From: Amoebidium appalachense
Lineage: Eukaryota; Protista; Ichthyosporea
Reading direction: 5' to 3'
NCBI GenBank assembly: GCA_963693365.1
Contig: CAVNZM010000008.1
Location: forward strand, 4,798,310-4,862,309
Length of the DNA stretch: 64,000 nucleotides
The position numbers and the translations under genes were made by a program. Every line of letters begins with the position of its first letter. The first letter of the stretch is position 1. This document shows, piece after piece, positions 63,470 through 64,000 of this stretch. Under the pieces are notes generated by a model that saw only the letters and a list, made by a program, of their open reading frames with translations, was not told the origin of the DNA and ran no database searches.

Positions 63470-63673
63470 TGGGGGGGGGGGGGGAGGTTATAATGTGTAG
63501 CAGGCAATGAAGTATACGTTGATAACGAGACGACAAATGCAGAGTCAAATGCAGAGTCAAAAGCAAAGCTCACAGAGTATGCATAATCAGCAAAGCATAT
63601 CCTCTTTGGGGGAGGGGAGACGGGAGAGAGAGGAGAAAGAGGGGGCGGAGAAAGAGAGAGAGAGAGAGAGAGG

Positions 63674-63721
<48 letters not shown>

Positions 63722-64000
63722 AGAATGGGGGGGAAGGGGAAGGGGGAGAGGGAGAGGGGGGGGGGGGGGGGGGGAGAGAGAGAGAGAGACAGAGAGAGAG
63801 GGAGAGAGGAGAGAGAGAGAGAGAGAGAGAGAACGAGAGAGAGTGAGAGAGTGAGAGAGAGAGTGAGAGAGAAAGAGAGTTAAAAAAAAAGGGGGGGGGG
63901 CAGTCTAGATGATGAAAACGGATAGATGCATGAAGAAGGCAGGGGTGTGTGCGCATGTGGGTTTCATTGTGTGTGTGTGAGGGAGAGAGAGAGTGTGTGT

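Overview
Eukaryotic genomic DNA with GT-AG introns packed with poly(C)/poly(G), (CA)n/(TG)n and (CT)n/(GA)n tracts, so almost all ORFs in the supplied track are spurious. Gene content suggests a non-animal opisthokont, possibly a unicellular holozoan (inference only). I assembled five spliced genes by hand, all with matching intron phases. (1) LST8, + strand, 5' exon(s) not found in the window. (2) A type II membrane GT49 glycosyltransferase of the LARGE/B4GAT1 type. (3) A 15-exon, ~1215-aa secreted mosaic protein: GH114, Cys-rich repeats, 3 TSP1, 3 EGF-Ca, HYR, GCC2/GCC3-like repeats and a bulb-type lectin. (4) A ~562-aa globin whose H helix is displaced by a ~275-aa insert rich in RxxS motifs and which ends in a CaaX box. 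(5) An Unkempt-like CCCH zinc-finger protein with a SAM domain, - strand, 5' end outside the window. Intergenic DNA holds 5'-truncated copies of three related non-LTR retrotransposon families and a non-autonomous hAT-like element. Two of these families end in TAAACCC(C) rather than poly(A). A structured ~290-bp SINE-like repeat, found mostly sense to its host genes, also ends in AA(A)CCC running into poly(C). The best candidates for new biology are a C-tailed retroposon system that may feed the poly(C)/poly(G) tracts, the split prenylated globin, and the GH114-ECM mosaic protein. Homopolymer lengths may be unreliable.
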